Positions 13,601-25,133 of a stretch of DNA of 64,000 nt are shown piece after piece. The notes under the pieces are model-generated. The model was given only the letters and a program-made list of their open reading frames with translations. It was not told the origin of the DNA and ran no database searches. The position numbers and the translations under genes were made by a program. Position 1 is the stretch's first letter. Every line of letters starts with the position of its first letter. Source of the stretch: Dipteris shenzhenensis (Eukaryota); assembly GCA_047967505.1 (NCBI GenBank), contig CM106538.1. The stretch is one strand, 5' to 3'.

Positions 13601-14296
13601 AAGCCACCTTTTCCATCCACCACCGAACCTAGGGCACACCCCACTGAACCTCCTTGTGTACCCCACCAAAGCTAGAGGACACCAAACCTCGTTTTGCACC
13701 CACCACCAAACCTAATAGGGAACATGTCCATGTGACACTGCAAACATTCCTTTACATTAATTGACCATGTGGATCATGAGCGTTGTTCACCAAGCTTGTA
13801 GGTGATCAAGGTGTTCCATGTCTCCAAGCTTGAAGGGGTGGCTGCATCATGTTGTGTCTTGGTGCACTTGTAGCATCATGATGACCAAGTTATTCTAGGT
13901 GCTGGGCACCGAGTGTGACCAAGTCATCCTCTTTGTCCTTGAAGCCCTGTAAGAATAAGTCATGCTATGTTCTAGGACCGAGAATGACTCTGACTTGAAG
14001 CACCAACGAGGGCGACCCAGATGTAATGCACGTTGGACTAATTTTTCCAGTAAGGAGTCAATTCCCCAAAAATTGGGTTGAGAAACCATGTAAACTTGAA
14101 AACCGATGAAAGCCTACTAATGAAAAGCCACACACTTAAAAAAGGAGTGTATACAAAATTTAGAGAGAGAAGTTTAGTGAGCGTGATACTGCTTCACTCT
14201 TGAACCATTCACTAGGGCAAGAAGCACATTCCCGTTCAAAGTGGCTAAGTAAACACCGCCACTGGGAATAAGCTTGGAGATGAACAAAGGACCAAC

Positions 14297-14965
14297 TTTT
14301 TTTTTTGGGGGCAAAAAAGGACTTCCATGAAGTATGAATAAAACCCGCAAGAGCAAGCTCAAGGCGGTAATACATCATGCCGTGCAGGAAAATAATCCTC
14401 AAGAGCAGGTACAAAATAACCAAGGTTGACATTGAAAATGCCATCTCAACCTTGTGGGAGACTCAAAGAAGGGAGAGCCCCTCCATTCCCTAAGGAAAGC
14501 AGCCCTCCTAGCTGAAGCTGCCCGAGAGGATCCCTGCATGCTCGTCTAGATGGACATCAGTGTACGTATAGTGTCTGTCCATATACTAGCCATAGTATGA
14601 GATTGGTGAATCTGGGATCCATCCCAAGCCTACGTGCACCTGCCTCTCCAAATATGCCATGCTGAAACGCTCGCTAATATTTCCCAAGAAGAGTCCATCG
14701 AGGCATGCATAGCCCTGAGAGGCATGAACGTCATCCAAAGAACATGGCTCAACTAAGTGTTGTATGATTACTATAGCCCATGATGAGTCATGTCTCTAAA
14801 AACAGACATGAGGCACCGAAAAGGGAAGCCAAGCAATTGAGCCCCAAGTCATGAAGAAGGGGAAAGGAGCAAAAAAACTGAAAATTCTGGCAACCCCCTT
14901 CCATATAACCCATGCGTCTCTGCAATCCCACAGACAATTCTGACTAGTCTCCACAGTAGCACGGT
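14297..14965 (-). mobile_element. diverged LINE 3' fragment (A/B/C group)
   Basis: poly(T) 14297-14306; same 3' UTR signature (gagcaagctc..tacatcatg); CLWDC and FFMTWGS motifs. Confidence 0.88.
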
Positions 14966-15180
14966 GATTGCATAAAAGATAGAGCACTACAGTGCCTTTA
15001 TAACTACTGCAACCTCTTCCATATATTCACCCCTGCCCCAAACACCAGACACTGTAGACTCCCTCAACTCGGGAAGTCTTCATCCCAGACAAGCTTCAAG
15101 CAAAGCACATCATCCAAAAGAGATTTCTATATGCTCATCATCACCAAAATTCAATGCTCTGCACAGACAGACCCAACTTC

Positions 15181-15755
15181 CAGTTTTGCTCTTGGACTTC
15201 GAGAAAGCCTATGACAGAGTAGATTGGGGTTTTCTTGAGGGCACTCTTCTACGGTTTGGATTTTCAGATGCTTGGATCAGAGGGGTGGCCTCTCTTTACA
15301 GATCAGCCCACAGCCAGGTTTTGATTGGAGGGGTAAGGGGTGACAGGTTTCAGATTTCCACATCAGTTCGTTAGGGATGCCCTTCAGCCCCCTTCCTTTT
15401 TCTTTTTGTGGCAGAAGCTATGAGTATCTTCCTTAGATCTCAGGCTGAGCTTTTTGGGCTGAGATTGCCCTTGAGACAGGAGCAGGAGCTTTTTGACTGG
15501 GAGTTGGCTGATGACACTGCTATTTTTATTGAGGCCTCCTTGCAGTCACTTGATTCTTTCCAGACAGCCTTGGATATTTTTTGCTCAGCTGCAGGGGCAC
15601 ACATTGACTGGCATAAATCCTTTGGCTTTTGGATCAGTGATGAGGACACTCCAGGCTGGGGAGTTGACATTGGTTTTTCCTGGATTCAGAGGGGTGTTCC
15701 TATCAGGTATTTGGGATGCCAGGTAGGATTGGACATCTCTCCAGCACAGCAGTTT
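15181..15755 (+). mobile_element. internal RT fragment of LINE family B
   Basis: LDFEKAYDRV, SVR.GCP, LADD; reverse complement of ~41060-41646; bounded by cagttt at both ends. Confidence 0.92.
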
Positions 15756-17320
15756 AAGAAAAGAGTGATATATTCCATTCAAAACAAATCATACTACAGG
15801 TGGGAGAGAAAGTACTCTATCCCTAGCCTCAACAATGTGGCAAAAAAGCCATGGAGGTGGTCTAAAATGCCACGACATCCCAAAAGGGGTCAAGTGAAAA
15901 AATAAAGAGCAGTCCCATGTCCTCATGAAGGATATAAGTCTCCCACGAGCTGCCAAAGAGGTGCCTGTACACCGCTCCCACTGACTCCTGAGAGTGAAGA
16001 TAATCTCCGCCCAAATGGAAGCGAGAGTGTTAGCCTCCGTGCATAAATGGCCCCCAAGGACAAAAGAACATCGCGAACACCATATCCGCCATAGGGTAAT
16101 GCTGGAAATCACCTCCCAGGCTGACCCTGCAGCTGAAGTAGGCATGGAATCCTGAGCTGGTACCGGTACCAAAAGTAAATCCTGCGGCTCCATGATGCTG
16201 GCCTCCGTGGGACCTCGTCTCTGGCGACGCCTGCATGAAGAAACCGTGGTCTCCTGGCTCTGACTCAAAGAGAGTAAAGGCTCCAGATCCTCTCTAGTGA
16301 GCCAAAGAAAGTAGGAAACTTTCCTGGCTCTACTGATGCCCCAAAAGTGGGTCCAGTAGCTCAGCAAGAGCTCTGTAGTAAGTCCCTGTGCGTGTCAATG
16401 TTGGGAGGCAGATGGTAGGTGATGAGAGTCTCTCTGCTGAAGCCTGTAACCTGCCCTCGTCGAGTATTGGAAAAAAGAAAGAGGATGAACGCCTACCACC
16501 GGAGCAGGCCATGCCCACTCACCTGGGTCCCAGTCAAGCTCCATAAGAGGTCGACCCTGAAAAATCCAAAGTCTCCATCTAATATCCTCTGCAATGGTCA
16601 ACCTGGAAGGATCTGTGGCCCGTTCCTTACCCAAGCAACCAATGACCCTGACTCTCTACCAAAGAAGCTCCTGACTCTGAGTGGGATACAATCTTTGAGA
16701 GGAGTCCGTCTCAAAATAAATAAATGGTGCCGGTCCTAATCCCTCCACTCCTGAGGAATAGCTCTCATGATTAGTAATCTGGTGGCAGCAATCTGTCCAA
16801 GTGGCCCATGTCTATCTTTGATCACCTCCTCTGACATCTCCACACCTCCCCTGAACCAATCTCCGACTGTCACAACCCCCTGAGCATGCCATCTGGCCAA
16901 GGGAGTCCTAAGTTCTGTACCAAGGGAAGATCCCTGGTACCGAACCAGGGGGTTATGGTAAAGTGGCTGTCGGGCAATTTCCTCTCTGGAGGAGGGAACT
17001 GCTCTGATGAGGTGTTGTCGAAAATGATCCCATATGTGAATAAGCCTTTACACAAGTGGTGAGGAAGGTTGAGAATGCTGGTCCGTCAGGAAGATCCAAC
17101 TGACTCTACCTGCCCACTGACCTGCTGCGGTGGTGATGGTTCTGAGGACACTAGGGCCAGAGTTTCATGGGATACTATCACTTTACCTTTCTCGCAGGGA
17201 GGACTTGGGGTTCTTGATCCGGAGATGCAGAGCAGAGCCCTTTTAGTCAAACTTCTTGTTAGAGGTTTGACTCTAGGAGATCAACCGTGGAAGCAGTTCC
17301 TACTGCATGGGATTGACCAG
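15756..17320 (-). mobile_element. LINE (family F) 3' part with inverted 5' segment (17129-17320 on +)
   Basis: Minus-strand ORF2 C-terminus (WDPGEWAW, RKVSYFLW, LWRIWCSRC); + segment ARVSWDTITLPFSQGGLG..QPWKQFL is the immediately upstream part of ORF2. Confidence 0.85.
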
Positions 17321-17718
17321 AACAAAGAATGGCGGGCTGCATCACTTCTAGTGTTTGTTGATGAACTGCGGAAAGATATAATAAATTTCTGATTGTGGCC
17401 ATCTTGGGGATTGATGTCTTGAAAAGTTAAGAGTAAGTCATCATGTGGGTTGTGGGTCGGATGTATTTTGAAGCTGATTGCTCTCAGAGTTGTTGAGGGA
17501 TGAAGACCACTTGTCTTGAGTTGTGTAGTCCACTGGGTCTTTCTGAGGTTGTTAGGCTTCCAGAGGAGATGTGGCCAGTGTATGAATTGAATGTAAAGAG
17601 ACAAAGATGTCGAATGAATGTTTTTTACCTTCTGATAGTGCTATTCAGTTGTTTTAAATGTGGATGAGGGTGGTTGTGAAGGCAGATTAGGCTCTTCTGC
17701 TTTTGTCCATCCAACGGG

Positions 17719-18125
17719 CTGAAAGCACAACATGAACTGGAACTGCATCTGAGGGACTCTCAACTCCAGGAGGTTTTATGCATGCATACGACAGAAAGAG
17801 ATAGGTTGGCACAAGACCTAAGTGTACTTCAAGCTAACCATGACTACTTAGCCACTTCACATTCTGCAGCAGAGCGGGGGATAGCTGAGTTGGAGTCTTA
17901 GCTTGAGACTCAAAAGCAGGACCTTAAGGAGATTCAGGAGCAGCACTCTGCATTACAAGATACACATGCCTACAGTCAATGTAGAGCTACTATCCCTATA
18001 GGCAGAGCATACTACTGTGCAGTCCGAGTGTGATCTGTACAGATCAAAATATCACCGATACAAAGGAAAATATGAGAATTCCCGAAATGTGATGGACACT
18101 ATTGAGGAAGAGAATGATCAAGTGT
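17719..18125 (+). pseudogene. decayed coiled-coil protein, probably an accessory ORF of the LTR element ending at 19636
   Basis: Hand translation LKAQHELELHLRDSQLQEVL..ERDRLAQDLSVLQ..IAELES*LETQKQDLKEIQEQHSALQ; two TAG stops and one frameshift; heptad-like pattern. Confidence 0.55.
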
Positions 18126-18652
18126 CTGGAGTCTCTATAGCACCATCTTAGGGCAGGGATGAACAATGACATATGTTTCAGTAGGAGGGTTTTGTATATA
18201 GTTAGCTTGTTTGCCTCCTCACTGTGGCATCTCTTGTTAGCATGTTGGCTTCTCCGCTGGTTTTGGTATTGGGTTAATTTGGTTCCATTTTCAGCTCAAG
18301 CAATTTGTACTTACTCCGCCTTCTCTGGGTGTTTTTCTTGGATTTCAGTACACTTTTGTAATAAAGGAGGTCTTTTTGTAGGCCAATGGCTTCTGAAAAG
18401 CAATTTGATCAGCAAATTTTTGTAACCAGTGGTTTAATAAAGTTTTTGGCGGGTTTTCTTTCAACTCCACTCTTGTGAAACACAATAGGTCTGGATTGGT
18501 GATACATTTGGAAGTTGGGTGGCTCTGATATGTTTTCGATCGGACTTTTTGCTTCACCTATGATGATTCCTGTATTTAGCAAAGGCATTCTTCTTGCACA
18601 TCTTTCAACATCACCTATTCACCGGGACGGTGAATGATTGTGACAGGAGAAC

Positions 18653-19636
18653 TGTTATACTGAGATCATGCATGACCAGCTATGTCTAGTCACTTAGTGA
18701 GGGGATGATATGGTCACAAGGATGACACAAGTCAGGGGATGACATGGTCACAAGGATGACACAAGTTATGGCAATGACATGGTCACAAGGATGACACAAG
18801 TCATGGCGATGACATGGTCACACGATGACACAAGTTATGGAGAGGACATGGTCACCAGCATGGCATAGTCACATGGGGACATAGTCATCAGGAGGACATA
18901 TCACCCAAGCACATGGTCATGCGTCAAGGGTCTTCATGTCGTGCAGTCACACTCTACCAACCTCTGCAGACCTGATTCATTGGTGGCATAGATGTTCATC
19001 TGGCGGTGCCTTGTTAGATAAAGGGTGGCTGCAAGCAGTACACATGGAGTAGTTACAATGCACTGACTCGGCGCAAGCTGGCCGTTGCAGGAGACATGAA
19101 GAGACTCAGCGGCGGGATAGCTAAGGATGAGGGGACAGCCAATAGGAGAGAGGGAGGGGATTTCCCATCTGAAAGGCGAGGGTGAAGAGGGGGATGGGGA
19201 TTCGTTGAACATTGTATGGGGATTGAGAGTGAGAGGGAGAGTGGCTAGAGCTACGAGCTCGCTTGTTGCATTGTTATGGTGTATTGCTACTCTGGATGAG
19301 TGATCTCTGTTTCGGAGAGACTAGTGTATGAGGATCTCTTCATTCTATGATACGCACTTGCTCGCATTATGCTCTTGTCTATCGCTTTCTCCATTTTCTA
19401 TTATTAACGTTGTTCCTTCTTATCTCCTTTGTGGGTTTGTTCTTCCTGTTCTAGCACTCAGCACTCCGTAGCACCTTCAACTAGTGTTGTGTCATAGGTT
19501 CACGCATCACGTAGTGTAGTGCAGCTGAGGTAGAGTTGTGTCATACGTCTATGCATCACCTACTCACGCTTCTCACATCAGTGACCTTAGGCCTCCGGTA
19601 ACACCTCCGGAAGTGAGCGGACCTCCCCCTCAGACA
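18653..19636 (+). repeat. LTR (family G)
   Basis: TG...CA ends; homologous along its length to the reverse complement of 25140-25876, which is followed by a PBS and gag. Confidence 0.8.
18704..18856 (+). repeat. ~35-bp tandem repeat x4.5 in LTR U3
   Basis: Unit gatgacatggtcacaaggatgacacaagtcatggc; tggtcac at 18711, 18745, 18780, 18815, 18849. Confidence 0.92.
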
Positions 19637-22196
19637 CAAGGGGAGGGGCTACCGCTGAGGCAAGGGGAGAAGCTGCAGCCATGGCTGCAACCGGAGCACT
19701 AGTGAACCAAATGAGCAACCAGAACGGGAATATCCAAAGCTTCATAGGGTATGGCATTTTGGACGGAGGCCTCTTGATCTGGAGGGTGTGAAGCTGCACA
19801 CGAACCGGAGTTTATTTAGGGACAGCAGGTGGAGGTACCGAGGGAGTACTCTGCCGAGGAAGAGCACTCTGACGTGAAGGAGCTGTACCAACACCTTGTC
19901 AAGGTTGAGAAGGGGGTGCTAGAACTATTCCATCACTTTTTCGAGGTCGAGGGGGTGATGGAACCTTATCACCCCCCTGTAGAGGTCAAGAGGGAGCTGA
20001 TGTACTAAATGGCTTTTTGGTCCTGTTCTTCTTGTTTCGGCAATCTCTGGTGAAATGCTCAACGGTCCTGCAGATCCTGCACTGGTTCTATCTGCGTGCA
20101 ATCTCCACTCTTTGTCGAAAGAAAGAACTATCCAGATGCTGAAGCATGACATGGTCATCAGATAAATTAGGGTGTAGGGAAAGGACTCCAACTCTAGGAA
20201 CCCCGTCAGCTCTGCAGCTGTAGTGGGCAAACCAGGGAGGGGGGGATCTTAGTGACAATACTGTAGGGTAGTTTCCACATGGCAGCCTACCATTGGATGT
20301 GCCGAGTACGAGGGGGTCCCATGCCTTCGCCTCCTAGCCACGCATAGCCTCCTTCAGCCCCTCAAAAGGCTAGTGGGACTGAAGGAGGGTCTACTCTCTT
20401 TTCTTAAGATATACCAAGGTCCCTTTCATGATCCCATTGTATATGGGATTTCTCCTTTATTTCCACGTGTCACCTGTGCATTAAGGGGACCTTAATACCC
20501 CTCTAATACTTCACATATTACCAAGGTGCCACCACGAGGGGGTTAAACCTGACCAACCAACAAACTCTGATCACCCCCGAATAGGCTGGATTAAACTAAT
20601 AATGGCGACCACACAGGGCTGGGTCAACCCTCAAATCGTTGGACAGCAGATCACAACACAACACGCGCGCACTGACGCAGGTCATCGCTTCCTACGTCAG
20701 TTGCCATCAAGCCGCCACACGGTTCCTTAAGCCGCCATCGCAGTTTTTACACAATCAGTGTCAATCGCCATCATGATCACGCAGATGCCATGTGTTCACA
20801 CCATAGTATGCAGGCCGTCCTTTGATACCACTGTAGGATAGCTGCCACATGGCAGCCTACCATTGGATGCACCAAGTACGAGGGGGTCCCATGCCCTCAC
20901 CTCCTAGTCACGCATAGCCTCCTTCAGCCCCCAGCAAAAGGCCGGAGGGACTGAAGGAGGGTCTACTCTCTTTTCTTAATATATACCAAGGTCCCTTTCA
21001 TGATCCCATTGTATATGGGATTCCTCCTTTATTTCCACCTGTCACCTGCACATCAAGGGGACCTCAATACCCCTCTAATATTTCACATATTATCAAGGTG
21101 CCACCACGAGGGGGGTTAGGACCACACACCTTACCAACAAATACCAAAGTACTCTCGAATCTATAGGAGTAATCGATGGTAAACCTCTGGGAGGCCGGGT
21201 AATCGGATGAAAAAAGAGAACCCCTACTTGGCCTCCTCCACTGGGTCAAAGCCCAGCATGAAAGGGTCAAAGAAAATCTTTGTATGTCCCAATTGCAGAT
21301 ATCCGGCTTTTAGCATGGCGCTCGCAACCTCCGGTGAATCAAAAACAACATGGAAGTAACCTCGCCCTAGTAAGCGAACATCTTTGAGTCGAGGGGTGAG
21401 GTTTGAGGGGAGCGCCGCAAGTATCCAGTCTCTAGCTTGTGATCTCAAAGGATGAGACCCATAGATGTGCGCGATCAAAGTGGTAGAACTTTCAAGTTCT
21501 ACATCCTTCTTGAGTTGCTGCAACTCGTCTTCTGAGAATGTGATTGTTTTTGCGGCCGGTGGAAGCGAGATAGGATTGGCTGATAGAAAATCCATCGCCG
21601 ATCGAGGTGGGAAGGCCGATTTAAACACGGATAAAAGCTCCGTCTAGTGACCCTGTTGCAAGGAGGGGGCTGGGAGGATAGGAGGCGGGGTAGAGAGAGG
21701 GGGAGGGAGGGGCTGAGCGGAGGAGGGGAAGGGGCTGACATAGAGCAGGCTAAGAAGGGAAGGAGGCGGGGAGAGGAGGAAAGGGGCGGGGAGGGGGAGA
21801 GGCTGAGAGGGGGGGGCAGGGAAGGAGGGGTGTAGGGGTAGAGAGAAGGAAGGGGAGGGCTGATGTGGGAGGAGGCGGGGGAAGGCCTGAGGGGGGTTGA
21901 GGAGGGGAGTGGAGGGAGGGGAAAGGAGGCAAGGAGGGAGCTGAAAGAGGGTGGAGAGGGGAGGAGGGGGCAGGTAGCAGGGGAGGGGGCTGAGAGGGGG
22001 CGGAGAGTAAACGAGGGGACAGATAGCGGGGGAGAGGGGCTGGGAGGGGGTGGGGCTGATAGGAGGGAGCAGGAGGCGGAGAGGGGGCAGGGGAAGGAGG
22101 CGGGGGTAGGAGGCTAGGAGAGGCTGGTTGTGAGGGGACTGAGGAAGGGAAAGGAGAGGCTAGAAGTAGGGAGGCAGCTGGGGAGGAGAGCAGCTC
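19637..22196 (-). mobile_element. LINE (family H, A-related) 5' UTR plus ORF1; interrupted by a TRIM, 3' part lost
   Basis: C/T-rich 5' UTR 21650-22196; ORF1 KTITFSEDELQQLKKD..LLGRGYF..; CRIC..HFTRDC knuckle near 20040-20085. Confidence 0.88.
20262..21139 (-). mobile_element. TRIM (non-coding miniature LTR retrotransposon), 878 bp
   Basis: Direct repeats 20262-20562 and 20832-21139, both TG..CA; perfect TSD aatac at 20257-20261 and 21140-21144; PBS TGGTATCAAAG at 20820-20830 (minus); 269-bp internal region. Confidence 0.95.
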
Positions 22197-22469
22197 GACC
22201 GATGGTTGGTAGTTGAAGTTGTGATGGTGCAAAACTCAACCTTTCCATTCCATCTTCACGGCCTCCCTTAGGACCCTTTCGTGACAATATCATTGGGTGG
22301 CAAGGACATCTCTGCTGCCAAACTCTCATATGCGTATACATTTCAGAAATGCTCTCCCCTAGCTTCATAGTATCTATGGACAACTCTTAAACAATCATGT
22401 GCTCGAACTTTTCCATCTTGAAGATTCACAGAAACTCCTCCTTAAGGTCTGCCTAAGTCTAGAATTTAT

Positions 22470-23895
22470 CTTCTACTATAGTAGGCGCCCGATAGGCCTT
22501 TATGAGACTTTCAGAGGATCAGGGACTTATAGTAGTTGGCCACCTCAGAGGGAGTGCAGTTCGGATACAGCAGATCCAGGCAGCCATTCCGCCAGAGTGG
22601 ATTGATACAGATGACATGCCGATCACAGAGTCCACTTGGTGGGGAGCGTTTTCAGGGATGGGCATTCCGTCTCAGATTACTGCCCTGCAGGATGCATATG
22701 AGGATACCCTAGTCTTTGATGTTTAATCGGGAGGCAGACTTATCAGATCCTCTGATGATATTCTTTTGGAGGTTGCCTTTTAGCCTGTCAGGATTGCAGG
22801 TTTCATGGAGTGGGACAAGGACTCACAGTGGTATCTTGACCTCGATCCTCTTCTCCTTGCGCTGGGGTCTTGGAGACTCTGGTTATAGGGTGGTTCCCTA
22901 TTAGGTTATTGCAGTGGGACTCAGGGGAGTGGGAATGGATTGATAAGGGGCATCGAGAGAGAAGCTTCCCCTTCTTTTGCTATACAGTTAGAAATGCCCG
23001 GAGGTTTCAGCTCAGCAGTAGAGGTTGGAGGCCCTCTAGAGTGCCGCATTGTAATAGTTTTCAGATTTCTGTAGTTGTGTGGAAAAACTTTTGGCGTAGG
23101 CTCTGGAAATCCCTCAGGAATAGAAAGATCACTCTTTTCTTTTGGCTTTCTATTTATGGAGGGATTGCAGTGAACCTATGGAGATCCAAGTTCGGGGATG
23201 ACCCTATTTGTCCTCGTTGTCACATTGCAGTTGAGTTAGTACAGCATTGCCTTTGGGAGTGCAGACAAGCGAGGACGATCTGGAAAGGTGTTGCTAGGAT
23301 TTTCAGTATCTTTCATACATCACCTTTCTATATGGTCTGGGGTTCAGTGGCTTGTTTATCTCTTACAGGCCCTCTGGTGTTTTTTGAGGGACATGATCTA
23401 GATCCAGCTCTCATTGTATGGTGACACTCAGTGGAGTCTTGTTCCCTCCAGGATGTTCCCTTCACTCCTTTCAGAGCTGCTCATGCCTCAGTAGACACGT
23501 CTTGGGAGATTCTGGCTAGCATTGCAGCTTGGCATATTTGGAGAGCCTGGTATATAGAGGCGATGGAGGGTATTCAGGTTCACCCTTCCCAGATTATGGC
23601 CAGTATTTGGACCGACATAGTACACACTGTGATGGCCATATGGAGGAGTATGTAGGGATTCTCCAGAGCAGCTACTGCCAGGAGACTTACTTTTTTCAGA
23701 GTTTGGAGAGGATCTCCTTTCTTCTTAGAGTCTCCCTTAGGGTTGAGGTGGCATTTTCAGCCTCCGCCTTGGTTTCTTATTAGCTCATTCTGAGCTGTTT
23801 TTTTCCTCATGCATTGCATGATGTACTCCTGCATTTGAGCTTGCTCTCGCGGTTTTCATTCATACTTAATGAAGTAATTTTCTTGAAAAAAAAAA
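22470..23895 (+). mobile_element. 5'-truncated LINE (family C)
   Basis: poly(A) 23886-23895; ORF2 C-terminal fragments; degenerate TSD aagtctagaatttat (22455) / aggtctggaagtgat (23895). Confidence 0.9.
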
Positions 23896-25116
23896 GGTCT
23901 GGAAGTGATTGGGGGGAAATTGATTGTTACCACACGTCCCGCTGCATCCTTTAAAGAGGAAGGAAAGATATGAAGAAAAGGATGCTTGTTCTCCACCCCT
24001 TTGGCCTTATATGTTGTGGGAAATTTTCTGACATGAACTTAAGCATCTTCATGGTGGAGGTGGCCCTTGATCTTCTGGGTTTTCATGTGGACTGTTTTCA
24101 GTAGTTCAAAAAGTCTCCCTTTTCCGTGGAACTTAGAACTGCCATGGCAGAGGCAACATCTTTACCCAAACCAGGACCCAAAGTAGTTACAACCGGCAAA
24201 GGACCTCCCGATTGAGCAGTAGTAAGGCTGGGCACCACAGGGCCATATGGCTGTGAGGGCATGGGCGAGACAAGGAGCCCTGATGAAGACCACAGTGTCG
24301 GCGTTACTACTGATGTAACCATGGGTGGTGCTGGTGCTGAAGATACTATTGCTGCCAAAGTAGAAGGTGAGAGTGCTGAAGGCATTACTGATGCCAATGT
24401 AGAAGGTGAGAGTACTGAAGGCATTGCTGATGCCAATATAGATTGATGCTGGAAGAGAGGGTGTGACAGAGTGGAAGCTATGAATGATGGGTTAGCAGGG
24501 AAGGACAGATATAGTGGAAAGGATAATGTAGTAGGAGGAGAAAGTGAAACACTGATGGAAGGTTAGAGGCTAGACTGGGGAGGAAGAGATCGGGGTTGTG
24601 CATAAGAGACGTCATAGAACCTTGACCGGTTTGCTATGTCGAGTTGGATGTTAGATGCGATGGCCAGCCCGATAGATGATGTTGTTGATGAAGACATAGT
24701 TGCAAGAGCGGAGAATGTTGTCTTGAACTATACGACCTTCGGATGAAACCTCGTCCTTAGTTCCTTCTTCTTACACATGTTCACCGCTTTGCACTTCTTC
24801 TTCCCTTTAGAGTTTCGATCCAACCACCATGGATCTTGCCGGTCAAAGTGTATGAGAGCTTTGATGAAGTTGCTTGTTTAGGCGAATGTGCCAATGGGTT
24901 CATTTCATGCTCAGCTGCTGGCAGACTTCTTTAACTTCCGTTGCACGTAATGCTTCTTATACGGTTTGGATCTGCAGGGAGCTTTCTCTCCACTCTTCTC
25001 AAGTACCTTCTCGTTCACACTCGCTTCCTCAAGGGTGATAGAACTACTTGGTATAAAATCTCTCTCCTAAGGTCCTAAAACATCACTTCACTTTTTGCTA
25101 CTCAACACCAGCAGTG

Positions 25117-25133
25117 TCCCACTATGATCGCCA
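25117..25133 (-). promoter_or_regulatory. primer-binding site, tRNA-Arg(UCG)-like
   Basis: Minus strand TGGCGATCATAGTGGGA beside the LTR; two C>T changes from TGGCGACCACAGTGGGA (plant tRNA-Arg 3' end, recalled from memory). Confidence 0.7.

Noticed and set aside
12475-13644. Pro/Leu-rich or Gly/Arg-rich ORFs (also 21647-22232, 38825-39583, 44753-45645) as extensin-like genes
   Set aside because: Open in several frames because C/T- or G/A-only sequence lacks stops; three of the four regions are LINE 5' UTRs
17321-17700. Minus-strand 107-aa ORF as a host gene
   Set aside because: No recognisable motif or splice structure; it partly overlaps LINE F
18704-18856. 35-bp repeats as a CRISPR array
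   Set aside because: Contiguous tandem units with no unique spacers, no cas genes, and located inside a eukaryotic LTR
20262-20562. Cassandra-type 5S rRNA-derived LTR
   Set aside because: No 5S A-box or C-box similarity seen
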